A stretch of 64,000 nucleotides of DNA from Tubiluchus corallicola (GCA_030141605.1 JAQGDQ010000036.1:868001-932000), one strand, 5' to 3'; counted from the stretch's first letter, positions 12,392 to 27,300 are shown. The notes: generated by a model from the sequence alone, not told the origin. Made by a program: numbers and translations.

Positions 12392-15300
12392 CTACCAAAA
12401 AGTGATATGAAAACAAAGTGAAAATCTAAATAACAAACACAAAACACTTCATTTACACATTAAAATTTTGAAGAATTAATGACAAAAAAGTAGATGCTTG
12501 AGGTGAGCAGTTTAAACTTACTTGAAGAAATGAATGACTTGATGGTTGGTTTGAATACTGCTGCAGCAAATTGAGTATAAGGCTAATGTCCCGAAAAATT
12601 TTACTTTCCATTCTTTTTACTTGGCTGAAAAATAAAAATACGGGTAATCTTCAATATCTACTTTATTGAAAAAACATGAATTAGATCACTTCAAAATTAT
12701 GTTACATTTCCAAGGGGGCACTAAATCATATTAAAGATAAGCAGAGTAAGATATAAAACCTACATTAAAGGGGAAGACAACGAAATTTTAAAGTAATTCT
12801 CAAAAAAACTTTCCATACAAAGTTTGGTCGCTTAGCATTATTCTTACCTGTATGAAAGTCTTATGAAATTGGAAAAGAAAATTCTTAATAATTTAAAATG
12901 TTTCTGCCAACTCGTAAAATGACACTGTATCACCATCCCAGGGTCCACCGCTGGCTCACCAAAAACACATTAATCTTATTGATAATATAAAGTCATTCAA
13001 ACTTATGCTTAGTTAGCATAGAATGTGCTACAAATGCACTTATCATGTTTTCAACTTTACGCAATGTTAACTAAACTTGTTTCAAACAACTTACTGTAGT
13101 ACCTATCGTATTTAATACTAGATAGACAAGATACAAACAAAATCCATCCAAAATTCAACAACTTTTAATAAGAGCAATCTTTTTTTATAGGTTACTGCAG
13201 GTGTGATTATGCACAATCACCACAAGCATACACAACACTTACCATTAAATTGATTGCGCTTAACAGTTATAGATGGGGATAGATTTACAAGTTTTATATA
13301 GCATTCCTACTAATGCAAACTCTGTATGTAATAAGACCAAGTAAGTTATACAAAATTTCAAAGAGCTTTTAAGCTTTATTTATGAAGAGTTTTCCTTTAC
13401 AACACAAAGTTTTACAAGCTTTTTTACGCACACACCTGCAACAACTTAATACTGGTAACAGTTGTTACCCTTTTTGACTATAGGTCTGTTAAGGTAAGGG
13501 CAATTGGCAATGAGGCAATAACGTAAAAGCAATGCTACTAGCTTTTTACTTTGGCTACTATATGTCATTGTCTGCCTAATAATGCAACAAATCACAGCAA
13601 GCAGTTCACACATGTGAGTTTGCTGTCAGAGAGAAAATTCGCGACAAAAAACTCCCTAATTTGAATGTGCCGTAATATATTACTTCGCAAATAAGGCTTT
13701 GAAGATGAATTAGCAAAAATTTATCTTGCACTTTCTTCTAGATTTACCATAGTTTGAACAATCTCTACTGAAGAATAACTTTAGGCAAAGATTTATTCAT
13801 TTTTTTGCAAGAGCAGATTTTCTGCATGTCTACAAACTAACATTATGTCCTCTCTCTTACCGTTGCAAACTATCTATTTGGCTGGCTAATATTTGTGTAT
13901 CTCTGTGACTAAGTTCGTCCGTTTCTAAATCTTGTGAAGAACCTAAAACAGCCAGGCTAGAAGAACGAGAGTGTGGTAACTTTGAAGAAAAACTTGGAGC
14001 TGGAATACCTGCCAGCAGTAGAGAAGTTTCACTAGGCTGTTGGGAATCTCCGTCTTCAGGAGGTGCTGAAATTAAGATAACACTGTTATAAAAAAATGTG
14101 TCATCCAAAACAGAAACAAACAGCTGCAAAAACTGAGTCACACCTTCAGTTTAAAATTCTCGATGTTCAGAATGCCTCTGTCTTATTATTAAAATTTGTA
14201 GTTGTGTACTCAAAAAAAAACATACAAGGATTGTTATTGTACCACTAGTCCGGAATGCTAATCAATGGGTTAGGAGCCATCCACATATAAAGATATAAAG
14301 CTTTTGCCGGATTTCTTTCTCCTCTCAAGGACAGACAACAACATCACTTGTGTTAATTAACGGGAAACCATCAGTGGATTCTACTGGTATCGGTGATGAT
14401 AGCCCCAATTCATTGAACTACCTTATCCAAAGCAATAAGGACCTAGATGGTAACTATCTATAAACGGTCCTTTCTCATATGCCTTTTGAAACTATCAACT
14501 GATGAAGCGCTGATGGTTGATGATGAAAGATGATTCCATGACTGAACTACACGATGCCCCAAAGAAGTGTGATCTGATGTTGGCTCTAGCTGGTTGCACA
14601 AATAACTTAGACTCGTGACCAAGAAGAACTCTGTGAGGCCTGGAAAAAAGTCTGCCTCAGCCAGAACAGTATATCCACTAATTATTTTGAAGCAGTTCAC
14701 AAGGTTTACAGTCTTATGTCTTTGCTCAAGAGTAGAAATTGAAACGGGATCCAAATCAACAGCAAGACAAGTACATCTGTTCTGAGAATTCTTTCGAGAG
14801 CATTCTTGAGAGTAGCACACTGGGGTGACCATATAACCGATGCATATTCCAGAACGCGTCGAACAACAGCTTTATAGAGTGGAATAATTACTGCTGCATT
14901 TCTCGATATCACGCACCGCTTAACTCATTGTCACTGAATGTGAAAAAAGTGAGAAGTTGAAAAAATGTGAATTAGATAATGATATCATGACTAAATAACC
15001 TACCTATCTCGCATTATAATGGTGTTATCACATCTTCTGCCTTCTACCTATCCTAAACTTGATATCATTATATGTGGATGGCGTCTTACTAGTCTTTTTG
15101 CAGAACTGGCTGGACGTATCATTTAGAACAGTGTATCGTTGTTATAGACTTTTAGACCAAAAATTTAGAATATTAAGTAACACTATTGTGACATCACAAT
15201 ATAAAAACTGGTCAAAAACTTATTACACAAACAACAGGAACAAGAACAAGAACAACATTGTTTCAAAACTGATGGTTTTACAGAGCTACTTCGCAAACGA

Positions 15301-18300
15301 GTAACTCAAAAATCCAGTACACCTCTGTTCCCTTCTGGCGAGTATCTATTCTCTTCAGCGCTTTAATTACTGATATTTAAAGAGATATATATGAATGACA
15401 GAAGAAACACCTTCAGCAAATTACTAATTTCTGCAAAACTTTCAACTGTCAAGTTTTAACACACAAGATTTTTGCAAAATATTTATTTCCTCATTTATTT
15501 TCTTTTTGCTTTATAAAATATGGCACTTCCTTAGCTAAAATATTCAATAATAAAACTATCCAGCTGTTTCGACTTGGACTGAGTCTTTATCAAATGTGAT
15601 ATATGTAATTAAAAATTATAACTACGCATTAATTTCCAGTTTCTATACATATTAATTTTCATCAACTATAACAGGTATGTACAAGTGATGCATAACTGAA
15701 GGTACAAGTGAGGTACACAAGTGACGGAAATTTCAATTGTAAATCTGTTGTGCCTCACTTGTAAATACCAGTTATAGTTCACGAACATTACGATTTATAG
15801 AAACTTAAATTAATGCATAACTATAATTTCAAATTATAGCTATCACAGTTGATAAAGTCTCAAACGAAGTAGAAATGCTCTCCGCCAGTATACATGCGTG
15901 TTAGTGTTTCAACTTTATCCCTTTTGCAATGTTGCCCTTTTGTTTTCAACTTCTTTGTTTTTCGGTTGCGCTCATCTTTCTAGTTACAACCTCGTTGCTT
16001 TGCGAGTTACAATAAAGTTGTTAAATTTATTCTTGTCGTCTTGGTGTTTGAGACAAAGCTGGTACATTCTTTAATTAATGGCGCTCAGTGTTTTATCTTT
16101 GAATATTTTCTTTTTCTCTATTTTAGAGCAACAGAAATTGTTTCAATGTGAATATTCGCTAAGATATTTACTAGAGAATGTTCTACTTAAAACATCTTTA
16201 CATGTCATTTTTGAACCCATCCTCATTGTGATTTGTAGTGACTTTGAATGGTAAGAGCAATCAATACATACTGAAAATACTTGTGCAAGAGAAAATTCAT
16301 AAAAACGAACTACATTTTTGAATTTTACTTATTTTCAAAATTTAATTTTGTGTTTAATTTTTGGATTGTTTTGGGATTAAAATTTGGATTTTTAAGTCTG
16401 AATCAAATTTTAAAATTCGAATTTAAATTCTACCTACATTTAGTGTTTTTAGTAATTTTTTGCATTTTTAGAAGAATTTGTTTAAAAAAGAATCTTTAAA
16501 ATCCTCTAATAATTACAGAATTTTTTTTTTAATTATTTTATAATTGGAGTGATTGGTTTATGCCATAGAAAAAATCTTTGTACATTTCTATAAATTTTTT
16601 GCAACCATAAAGCTCTTAAAAGTTCATGGAAAAGAGACATTATGCATAATTGATGCATGTACAAAATGTACTGATGGCAAAGTGACAAATGTTGTCTATT
16701 CCTATATATTTCATTTTAATTTTAAATCATCAGTTGTTGAATGCCCCTGCGACCATTTACGATGCAGCAATGATGAAAGTATGCAAACTCACAAATGTAC
16801 ATAGAGCTGCCTATAATCTAGAGTTAAGCCAAGCTTAGGTCGACCTGCGATGCGACAACTCGTGTCAGCTGACAGTAGACGCATGCTCAGGCCGACTGCA
16901 ATTGATTTCCTGCAACAGGAAGATATGAGATTCTGCAAGTTGCAACTCTGCTCAGGTTGAACACGAATGAGTGTACGCAATAATCCTCGAACAATGCTCA
17001 GTCAAAAGTGGGTGGAGTGAGTAAGCTCCATGAGTACGCTCCATGTAAGCTTTCTTAGGTGGACTGGATATACTCGGAACTAGCGGCGTACCATATACTG
17101 CCAGTTGCAGCCATTTGTCGAGTCTTCAGTTGTTCGCAGTTGTGTTGCATCGCTAGGTCGACCTATGCCTGACCTTAAAGATAGCCAATTGTTTATTTTG
17201 ATTTGTATTTGTACTGTTATTCCATTTCGGCAACAGCAACTGCGCCAAACTGCTACACAGTAAAAGTTTTGTTACTTCTTCTAGTTTCTTTACTTTGGTA
17301 TAATTATATAACTTGTGTTAACTAGTATGTTAAAGACTAGTGTAATTACAAAGTGACATGACTTGCAATTAATGTTAAGGAAATGTTTTTGTCTGTGCAA
17401 CTTCAATCATATGCAAAAAACACAAAATATTGAAGCGCAAGTCGATGTTGCTGTTTTATGTTTCATACTGACAGCTGAACGATTAGTAAAAATAACGATT
17501 GTTTAGTGCAAAAATAGGGTACCAAATCATTTGTGTAGAAAATCTTCTTCAATTTTAAATTTTGTTTTATCCTAACATTTTTTATTTTTACTATTTCAGA
17601 CTGAATACCAATGACGATGGAGTTTTAAATAAATACACAATGTACCCCGAAATTGATTTGGTTAAAAAAGGAAGACAACTGTTCTTATCTTGATTTCATT
17701 CTTGCTTGCATCACCAATAGCAAAGGACTTATCTCCCAGAGACAATGTACAAGAAATCAAACACCATTCCTGACTATTTCACCATGCTTCATCTTTGCAT
17801 TTATAAAACAATGTTCAACTGTTAAAGTGTAAATCTAATATATTGTTGGCAGTTGTTGACAAATGTTGACAGTTTGCTCTTCGTGGCACATAGGTTTTAT
17901 GGAATGTTTGTGATCTGCACACTCAGTAGCCTTATGATTTGGGTGCTAGAAACTGCAAGTTTCATATAAAAATCTGTTTTCTTTGTAAATGTTTAAACTC
18001 TATAAACGCTGTATACGATTTTCATGTCAGCTATAACTGACAGTATCTTTGTCAACATACTACTGGACAACATGCTACTGGCAAATGCACTAAATATTAG
18101 CAGCCATGCAGGGATATGCCTCTTGCACAATCTTAGGTCAGAATGAGAACATTATGGCTATTATGCTGAATTAAATCATTTAACAAGCATTACCTGCATG
18201 CAGACTGGTATCAGATTTAGTTCTAAGATTGGTTACATCGGTCAGACTTTGTTTCATAGAGCGGAGCATGCCTGAAACACATAAGCTTTTATTTGCACAG

Positions 18301-21300
18301 AAGGCTCTTTGAAATTTGAACATAGTTATTATGCACACAAGCTTAAAGCAATACCACACTTAACTATGAAATAGCACAAAATTTTCTTTGTACTGTGTAA
18401 GTGTATTTAAGTTATCTCAAAATCTTGATTGGTGAGGGACAAAAAACAATGGTACACAACATGTAAAGGCATTACCTCTAACTATATTTCGAAATAGCAT
18501 TAACATCTGTTAAGCAACTTTCGCAAAAATCTAAATGATGAAAAATTTTGCAAACTACGCCATTAAAATGAAAATTTAAAAGTATTGCAAATACACTTAG
18601 ACGATACACACACATAAATTAGTAAGCAGTAGCATATAAAAACCAAAATAGACACCCTTGTCAACAATAAGATATGTTTCTGTGCCCTATAATATTCAAG
18701 AGCAGAGGTGTGCAAATTATCTGACTAGCCGGGTCACATTAAACTTTCCCACAATTCCTACAGACATAGGCAGTTTGATTCAGGAGCCAAGAACAGTAGG
18801 ACTTAATAACGATTTTGTACATCTGATCCATGCACGTCATTTCTACTACACTCACTAAACTATTTTAGAAGTTACTAAAATTTATATTAAAAACCATATA
18901 TTTCAACTATTACGTCAGATAGTGGTAATTTCATTACAATGCATATTAGCAATGTGTATCACACAGTCTGTGTAGTGCAGTACATATTAAGCTGTCTTGA
19001 CTCGATGTTCTTTTTAAATCTCCCTCTTTTTTCTTATCCATGATTCTGATCTATACGAACACTACAGCTGATGAAACAATGAAAGAGCCACTGATCGAGG
19101 TGAGCCTAAGCAGAAACTAAAATCTGGGAATCCCCCTATATCAGGGGCGACCACACTTTTTCAGCTTGCTGGTTACTTACAAATTGATCTGCCCAGTCGT
19201 CTTTTTGGTCATAGTAGGAAGATCATTCTGACTTGGTTATTCTATAATTTTATTTATAATTTATTTTGTAAAATAACCAAGTCAAAATGATCTAGCTGCT
19301 GTGACCAAGAAGACGACTGGGCAGGTCAACAGCCTCAATAATAGAAGCCCAGAGATTGGCTGGTTGGTCTTCCTGCCAGCCAATCAGATTGCTTCTCACA
19401 TTTCTTGCACATTTGAGCGTTTCAATGGCGGCTTCCGTGACAGTTTGCTGTGTTCTGTCATTACATCGCTTTTTTGTGTTCCAAGTGAGCAACATGTAAT
19501 TTCGTCATGTCCGACAGTGACATTAAGTGACAACCGTCTTGTAAGGGTCAATGCAATCCGATCAAGTGGAAAAAACTACCCGCACTATCTTTGCGATCGT
19601 GGCGTGGACTTCAACTGGATACACTCAATTCATCGCTCGGGCTGCACTTTCATTAGGTTGACAAATCTGTTTGCGGGCTGCACAAGATCTCTCGGTGGGC
19701 CGCAAGCGGTCCCGCGGGCCGCAGTTAACACACCCCTGGTCAAGAGAATGTGGCATTACCTTGCATTTACAGAACTGCTGAAAGTCACTGTGCACATTTG
19801 TCAAAATGCATATATATATTTTACATGAAAATCAAACTAAAAATAGCTTTCTTGGAGAGAGATGTAGGAACACATTTTGGCACTTTCTTATTGCTATGTT
19901 TGCTTTTGCTTTTTAAAAATCTTAAACAAATGGAATTAAGTTACACACCTGACACAGAAATGCTTGGAGCAGACCCAGGAAATGTATGTTTAGTACTGCG
20001 TCTACCTGTTTTAATCTTGGGAGCTTCATCTGGGTTTGACCTAAAGAAACATTGAAAACAAAATGCATCTTGCTGTAGAAAATAGCCATTCGTGTAAACT
20101 TTTATTATCAAAAAATGTGTAAAATGTACTTTCCAAATATGTAAATCATCCCATTAATATAAACTTTCTCCCTTTGTAAAAAAAATTTCCCTTTTATAAA
20201 AAGGGCATCACTTTAGACACGAAATAAAAGACAATTTTTTTGGAAATAGAAACTGCCTGGCTTAGATCTGCCATTGTCTGTATTACTTATGATGATTTCT
20301 GGTATGCCATATTAGACTGAAGAAAAAACTTCAAACGTACTGCAATTTTCAGTTATTCCTGCATCCTGCAGTCCTTCCAAACATTATATGCATTTGCATC
20401 TGAAACCTTACTTAACTGTACAAATGGATAATATGGAAAGTGCAATAACAAACAGAAAAACACAAACAAATAAACGTTGGTAATTTGTTAATAGTGTTTT
20501 GAGTCTTGATAAAAGTGACTCACTTTGCAAGCGATAATTCTAATGCTCCCAGACCAGGAGTGTTCATATGATCATCGCTAGACAAGTTACCCGTGCAGCC
20601 ATCGATTTCAACATCATTGGAATGTGATTGTTTCATTTTTGACCGTACCCTTCTTCCTTTACTAGACTGAAGTCTTCGATGTTTTTCTAGAAACATCAAT
20701 GAGATATTAAAATGACATAATTTAGCTATATAAGAGGTTTGTTACTAGTATGAGTTACAACCGTAATGAAAGTATATAACAAAACATATATAAGTGATAC
20801 TTAATTATCAACTGACGGGATTATAACACAAGTAACTCTATAAAAAGTGACACCTCTATAAAGAAAGCAAACCTGACTGTTTCTGTTTAGGCGGTAATGG
20901 ATTCCGACAGCTTCTGCAAAATGATCTAGCTGTAGTGGTGTCACTCGAACTACTACTGTCATCTACTTGATTTGGTACTTTTCCAAGACCAAAACTGCTT
21001 GTTGCCTTATCTAATTGTTCCTGCATGAAAATAAGGCAAAGAAGATAAAGAGTAGCTTAAATTCTGATGTCAAATTACTACTTTTCCATTTTAGTGATTT
21101 AATTTATCTATTTATTTATCTTTATTATTAAAGAAATAAAGGACTATATGCTGTACATAAAGCAAAAATCACAAACTTCGAAAATGTTCATGTGTTTTCA
21201 TCTATTACAACAAGTCAACTATTATGCAGTAAAACAGTCTTCACATTTACAATATTTTATCAGATAACAGTGTGCCAGTTAGCTTTTGTTGAGTAATATG

Positions 21301-24300
21301 AATGCAACGTCAAAATGATACTTGTTAAATTTGCACGAGTTTGTCCAATCCATCATGGGGTTTATTGAGGAATGCTTTGGTTAATTTTCGTCGTTAAACT
21401 GAGCATAACCACAGACTTCTATAACACTTAAATACAGATCACGCTCAAAAATAAGAAAGAAGTTAAAATGCCCATAAATCTCAAAATCTCTATCTTATTT
21501 CCGCACTATCTTAATTTCAAGCTAATGAGTGCAGCTAATGGCCCAGCAACCTGCTCTTCCTTCACTGTTAAGATACAATATGAAAATTCACAGTGTATCA
21601 GGCTCTATTATTGATGTGTTAAATTTATTAAAACGTATTCATGTCTGGTATTTGAAAGTGCATTGTTTGTATGTGGGTGGAAAAACTATTGCACTATACC
21701 ATTTTAAAACATTGCATTTTGCACACACAATTAAAAAATTAAAATTTTGTGCTTTTGGCTTTTCCAATAACACCTACACAAATGATTAAAAAGCACCATG
21801 AAAAACAGCAAGTTTTTGGACCTGAACTTACATCACGCAAAACAAAAGTTATCTCCAAATTGTTTGCAAAGTGTTCTGCAAATTCCGGGTACAACTCTAA
21901 TACTTCGAGTAAGTCGTCACGTAACACTTTGTGTAGATCACAGTATGTAAGCGCTCGCACAACACAAGATGATTTACCAATTGTGCTATATCGCATTGGA
22001 TTTTCTCCAAATGTGTCATCTTTCCCTGTAATATAATTCAGAGTTTAAATAACAAAGCAAAATGCCCTCAGTGACATATAAACACCAGCTTAGCATAGAA
22101 CGGTTTGCAAATGTTGAAACTAGCTGCATGTAGCAAGCACTTGAACGGCAATTGCAAGTAATCCTGTGGCTGAGCAATCAATGTCTGTATGCAGATAAAA
22201 GTGTTACGCCTCCCAAAAGCATTGTTTCGGTAAATTCTACTAGGGTAGGTAACAAAAAGTGATTAACGAGGTCATTAATCATCAACCTTAATTTTTCACC
22301 TACACTTTGTTTATACAGTGTCGTACTATCAACTTTTTATTACATCGTTATTCTGCTGGGGGCTAATACTGTGCTATTAACGAATTCCAATCCAGTGTTA
22401 GCGACCTTAATACAGAGAAACATGTGCCTGCAAAACTACAGTCTCTGCAACACAATTAGCATAAACAAATACAGGGTATTGTATAAACTGCAAAAAGAAA
22501 ATCTAATAATGTTTAATATTTGGATGTTTAGAGAAGCCATATTTTTTACAGAAGCAAAGAATACTATAATGTCTAGTATTCTGCCTTGTACCATAAGACA
22601 ATAATAGCTCTACAAATCACATTTTATTAAGCTAACAGAAACAGCATAACTTTATGATATATGTATCAAATGCTTAATAGTTATATATTGCAATAGGGAC
22701 ATAAAGAACTAGGGTCTGATGCAAATATTATTCTTTACTCAAGAAACATTGGGTATCGCACTTTGGTATCCATACATATACAATGTCTGCAACATTCACA
22801 AGATAAAGAAATTATACCTAAAATAGCCATTACTATATCATCTTTCAGAACCTCTATCGAACCCCTGGAGACAAAGTAAATGGCATTCAGAAGATCACCC
22901 TTGTGGACTAAAGTGTCACCAGGCGGTGCATGAGTTGTGCGGAATTTAACAGAAAGAGCACGTAAGCAGCCTTCACTTGCTCCTCGAAAAGCAGAACACT
23001 TATTGAGAAGATTCCTATTCAAATGAAGACAGATATCTGCTTGCAGACATTCTGGAAATCCCTTTAATACCTGTAAGCAATAGAAAATTGCTGATAACAT
23101 GCTCTACACCCTCTAAATTGTGCGATCCATCACAACATGCAAACGATCAATGGTGAAGCAATAATGCACATTGTATTGGACATTAGCAACTATTACATCA
23201 CTTTCACTTTGAGAATAAGTCTATAATGCAAGACCTATGATCTAACATTTACTTTTGGCTTGAAGTTTCTAAATAATTGAAAGAAGTTTAAGTTAACTGA
23301 AAGAGGACATTTAAACATTGTACTGATATCAAGGGCTCATTTCCTTAAGCACTACAAACAAAGAGATTATGTTACACGTAGGCCTACTTAAAACATAAAC
23401 CAAATGAAAATAGTTTAAATCCAAATATTCTATTAAAAAGTTGCCAGTAAAAGACCCTGCCTACGCTAAATTTAAGTGCAGTAAGGTCTTATTCGTACGA
23501 GTAAGCCTTTTGATAAGCACACTGATGTCAGTTGAACATTACCATATTCATATCAATGCCATTTGTGTAAGCCCAGGCATGTTGAAAGTACTCTTCCAGG
23601 CGCTGTCGTAGTGGGTTAGGAATCTGATGGAATTTAATGAACTCTCGAACGCGAAGCATTTGTGTGTGATAGCGTGTGGTACCAGAGTATAATCGCTGTA
23701 TGATGGCAGAAACGTTTCCAAACACACTGGCATACATTAAAGCTGAAATACAAGTTAGGTAAATTTGGGACTGACTGAAAGTACATAATAGAAAGATATG
23801 CAAAAATATACTTTCAAAGTTACTAAATGCAATTACTAAATGAATAAGAAAGTTGTTTTAAATGTAACAATATTAACATAATTAACAGCTAATTTAGGAT
23901 CAATTAACACTTTATTAAATTTTTAGCGCATTTTACTTACAAAGACAACCAATATAAATTTTATAAGCAACATTATCATTTCAACTACTGCATATATCTT
24001 TTGCAAGTTTGGCAAATTTAGAAGACTTACTTCTTTGGTAGATTTAGCTGAAACTATCAAAAACTTTTTAAGCTATTTTTTTATGTTGTTCAATGTAATT
24101 GCATAATAGCCTTAGCAAGTATATAAGAATGACTATTTTAAATGATAAAAAACTGCGTTAAAAACAATGGATCCAGATATATACTCAAGTGGACATTTCA
24201 TACATAAAACTTGCAAAGTGTGGTTGTAATTCTGAGTTAAAATTCTAAATGAACCCAGGGACCAACAAGCTCATTTAGCATTTTAAGTGAAAATTATTAT

Positions 24301-27300
24301 TCAAACTTTGTATTATAATCTAATTTTCTCTTATTTTGCAATTTTAATTCATTTTTAAATTCAAGTGCAAGTCACTTTGCATAACCCATCACAAACAATT
24401 TAATCTGATGTATTTTTCACAGTAACATATCATAGGCATTTATATTTGCTCAATATTTATAAATCCTGTTTTTTGAACCTCAGTCAAGTTTATACAGGTA
24501 TGTCAATTCATTTAATTTAGTTTCTTTAATTAAGCTTTTACCCTGGCAATTCAACTGTATAGTGTTTGACTTTTTTCTATACGGTTGTTTTTATTCTAAC
24601 TTATTTTTTAATTCAATGAGGCTTAGCTGCTAGCTATTTCTGTTTTTAGTCTTTACTTTTATTCGTAATTTTCAGCTGATGAAGCCCGTTAAGGTTTAAA
24701 GATGATAGACCTTTCCAAAACCTTTGTATTTTGTGCAATGTAATTATAATACAATTTATTTGCATGCTTTACTTAATTTGTTCGGTTTTGCATCGAAGTC
24801 CATAAAATTACCAAAGAAGAGGAAATGCAAAAACTAGTTGATTTAAACTTTAACATAACATCAAATTTGTTCTTTGTTCACCAAGCATAGATGTTAGCCA
24901 AATTTGGTTCACATGAAAAGATGCAATATATAGGAGAACCAAATATGTATTGCATAGCACATGTGTGTGTGGGCGTGCCTGTCTACTGTGGGATCATATC
25001 TTTTTGTAAGGCAAAAAATAACCAAGTCTTACTAGATCTTATGATTGCCAAACCGAAAAGATGCAATATAGGAGAATCTAAAGATGTACTGCATTTACGC
25101 ATATATGTCTTACTAGATCTTATCGACTGTCAGATTAGTTTGCAATTGATTAATAGTCTGACTACAAAATTACTTATTAGCAACACTGCTATGAATCAAT
25201 AAGCAGCACTAGCTCCCTGCTTGATAAATAAAACACTCACAATGTGAAAACTACAAATCAATTAAAAACAATGGTTCTTTCAGCATCATGCTCATAACAC
25301 TGAAAAGTAATTAAATGGCATTGATTGGCACACACTTTAAATTCCAGTTTGATCTATTGCTGGTAACAGCTACCGTCTACACTTTATAGAACTTACTTAG
25401 TTGACCAGGTTATTTATCAATTTGTAGACTTTTTGCCGATAATGTAAATGAAATTTGCAAGTAGTCTGAACAAAATGACATGAAATACTTACATCCTATC
25501 AACATCACCGATATGGAAAACACTTTTTCTGAGTTTGTATTTGGAGACACATTTCCAAATCCCACACTAGTTAAACTGCTAAATGTGAAATATAAAGCCG
25601 TGATATATTTTGATGGTATAGAAGGCCCACTGTTCGTAGCATTTGTATACGGTTGGTGAGACTGTTGTGCTAAGTCATCTAACCAGCCTATTTGTGGATC
25701 ACCTGGTCGTTGCAGTCTTTTTTCAGCATTACCTATAGCATACCATATGCATGCCAGCCAATGAGCTATTAAGGCAAATGCAGCCATTAGTAATAATAAC
25801 ACAGCAGCGCCATATTCTGAGTAACGGTCAAGTTTCCGGGCAACACGGACCAATCGAAGCAAGCGAGCTGTCTTCAGCAACCCAATCAAAGTTGTGGCCT
25901 GTTAAAGAAAAAAATAGCAATGTAAATTTGGTGAAACATTCAGAATACACTCATCTGTGTTTTAGACTTTCTAGTATCAAAAACACGCACAAATAAGTTG
26001 CGAACAAGTCAGTCAACCATCTCTGTCATCTCAGTCAAATTTTATTATATGTATACAGTTCATTTATTTTTAAAACAGTGGTATTTGCTGAATATTGCAG
26101 TGCAATTTGCTAATAATAGCACATGTTTAAAACAATGTTTCTGCCAAACATGCTGTATTCTTTTTCAGCCTGTTTTGGAGAAAGATGGAAGTAGGAATGA
26201 GTGGATTGGTCATACACAACCAGCAAGCACACAGACAACATATTACCATGACCTGGCTTAGTCTTTGATAAAAAAACAGCAATCTAAAATGCGATGGATG
26301 AACTACAACACAAATCACTTTGTAGTCCTATCCTTGCTACCCAGTCAACCATAAACTAAGCCACAAATTATACAGCATATGATATAGCTGAAAATTTCAT
26401 AACCAGCAAACTTTTAATAATGTTAAAATGAACTGTGAACACAAACGATTTTGCGGATTCTTTTGTACATACCTCATCTGTGTGGGTTCCAAACAACAAC
26501 AAATCAAATGGAATAGCAGCTACAGCATCTATTAAAAACCATCCTTTAAAGTAATGGATAGCAATCTTACCAGGATGGCTCACTACTTCATCATTCTTAT
26601 TCACATAAGTAGTTCTAAAGTTTATCAATATATCTATTATAAACATAACGTCCACTATTAAATCTATTATCACCAATGGATCATCATATCGCTGTTGATT
26701 TGAACTGTTCTGCCGAGTCTCTGGGTTAGAGTTCTTAGCAATCTGTTTCTTTTCATCGTTCAACAAGAATGCGGCGGTGTAAGGAGTAAAGATAGCCGTA
26801 TAGATAACAAGAAGAAGAATAATCCAGTCCCAGACTGCTTTGAATGGCGAATAATGAAGTATTGTCCACTTATGGATTCTTGCTGGTGATTTGTATTCCG
26901 GCAATGGCTCTTCTCCTAAAGTCAACACCTGGAACAAGGAAGAAACCATTAACAAAACGAGCTTAAAATGTGGCAGTGACAATTTTCTCAGATGCACATC
27001 TATATTTAGAGTAACTGAATGAAATCTAAAGCAGACTGAAATCTAAAGCACGAACTCACTGGAATAGATTAACTGTACTGGTCATCAACCTCAAAGGCAG
27101 GAAAAAATCATTTTAAGGACATTCATTACACAGGATTAAATCGTAGTACAATAAATTTGGCATATGCACACCTAACACGGGCATACAACTATAATTATAA
27201 GCCATGGCTTAGTGCTGGATTAATTTAGACCAAAAGAAAATAAATGTTTAAATTTCAAGGAATTGCATTTTTCTAATAAATGAATCGTCCCTCTTTCCCA

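Noticed and set aside
15004-15130. Possible erg exon between exons 16 and 17
   Set aside because: No acceptor/donor pair gives an open phase 1/1 exon.
20341-20415. Possible extra erg exon ending at donor GTACGT
   Set aside because: Every nearby acceptor gives a stop in the required phase 2, and exon 14 joins exon 15 in frame without it.
24676-24705. CTGATGA-stem hammerhead-like motif
   Set aside because: No GAAA after stem II and no stem I/III.
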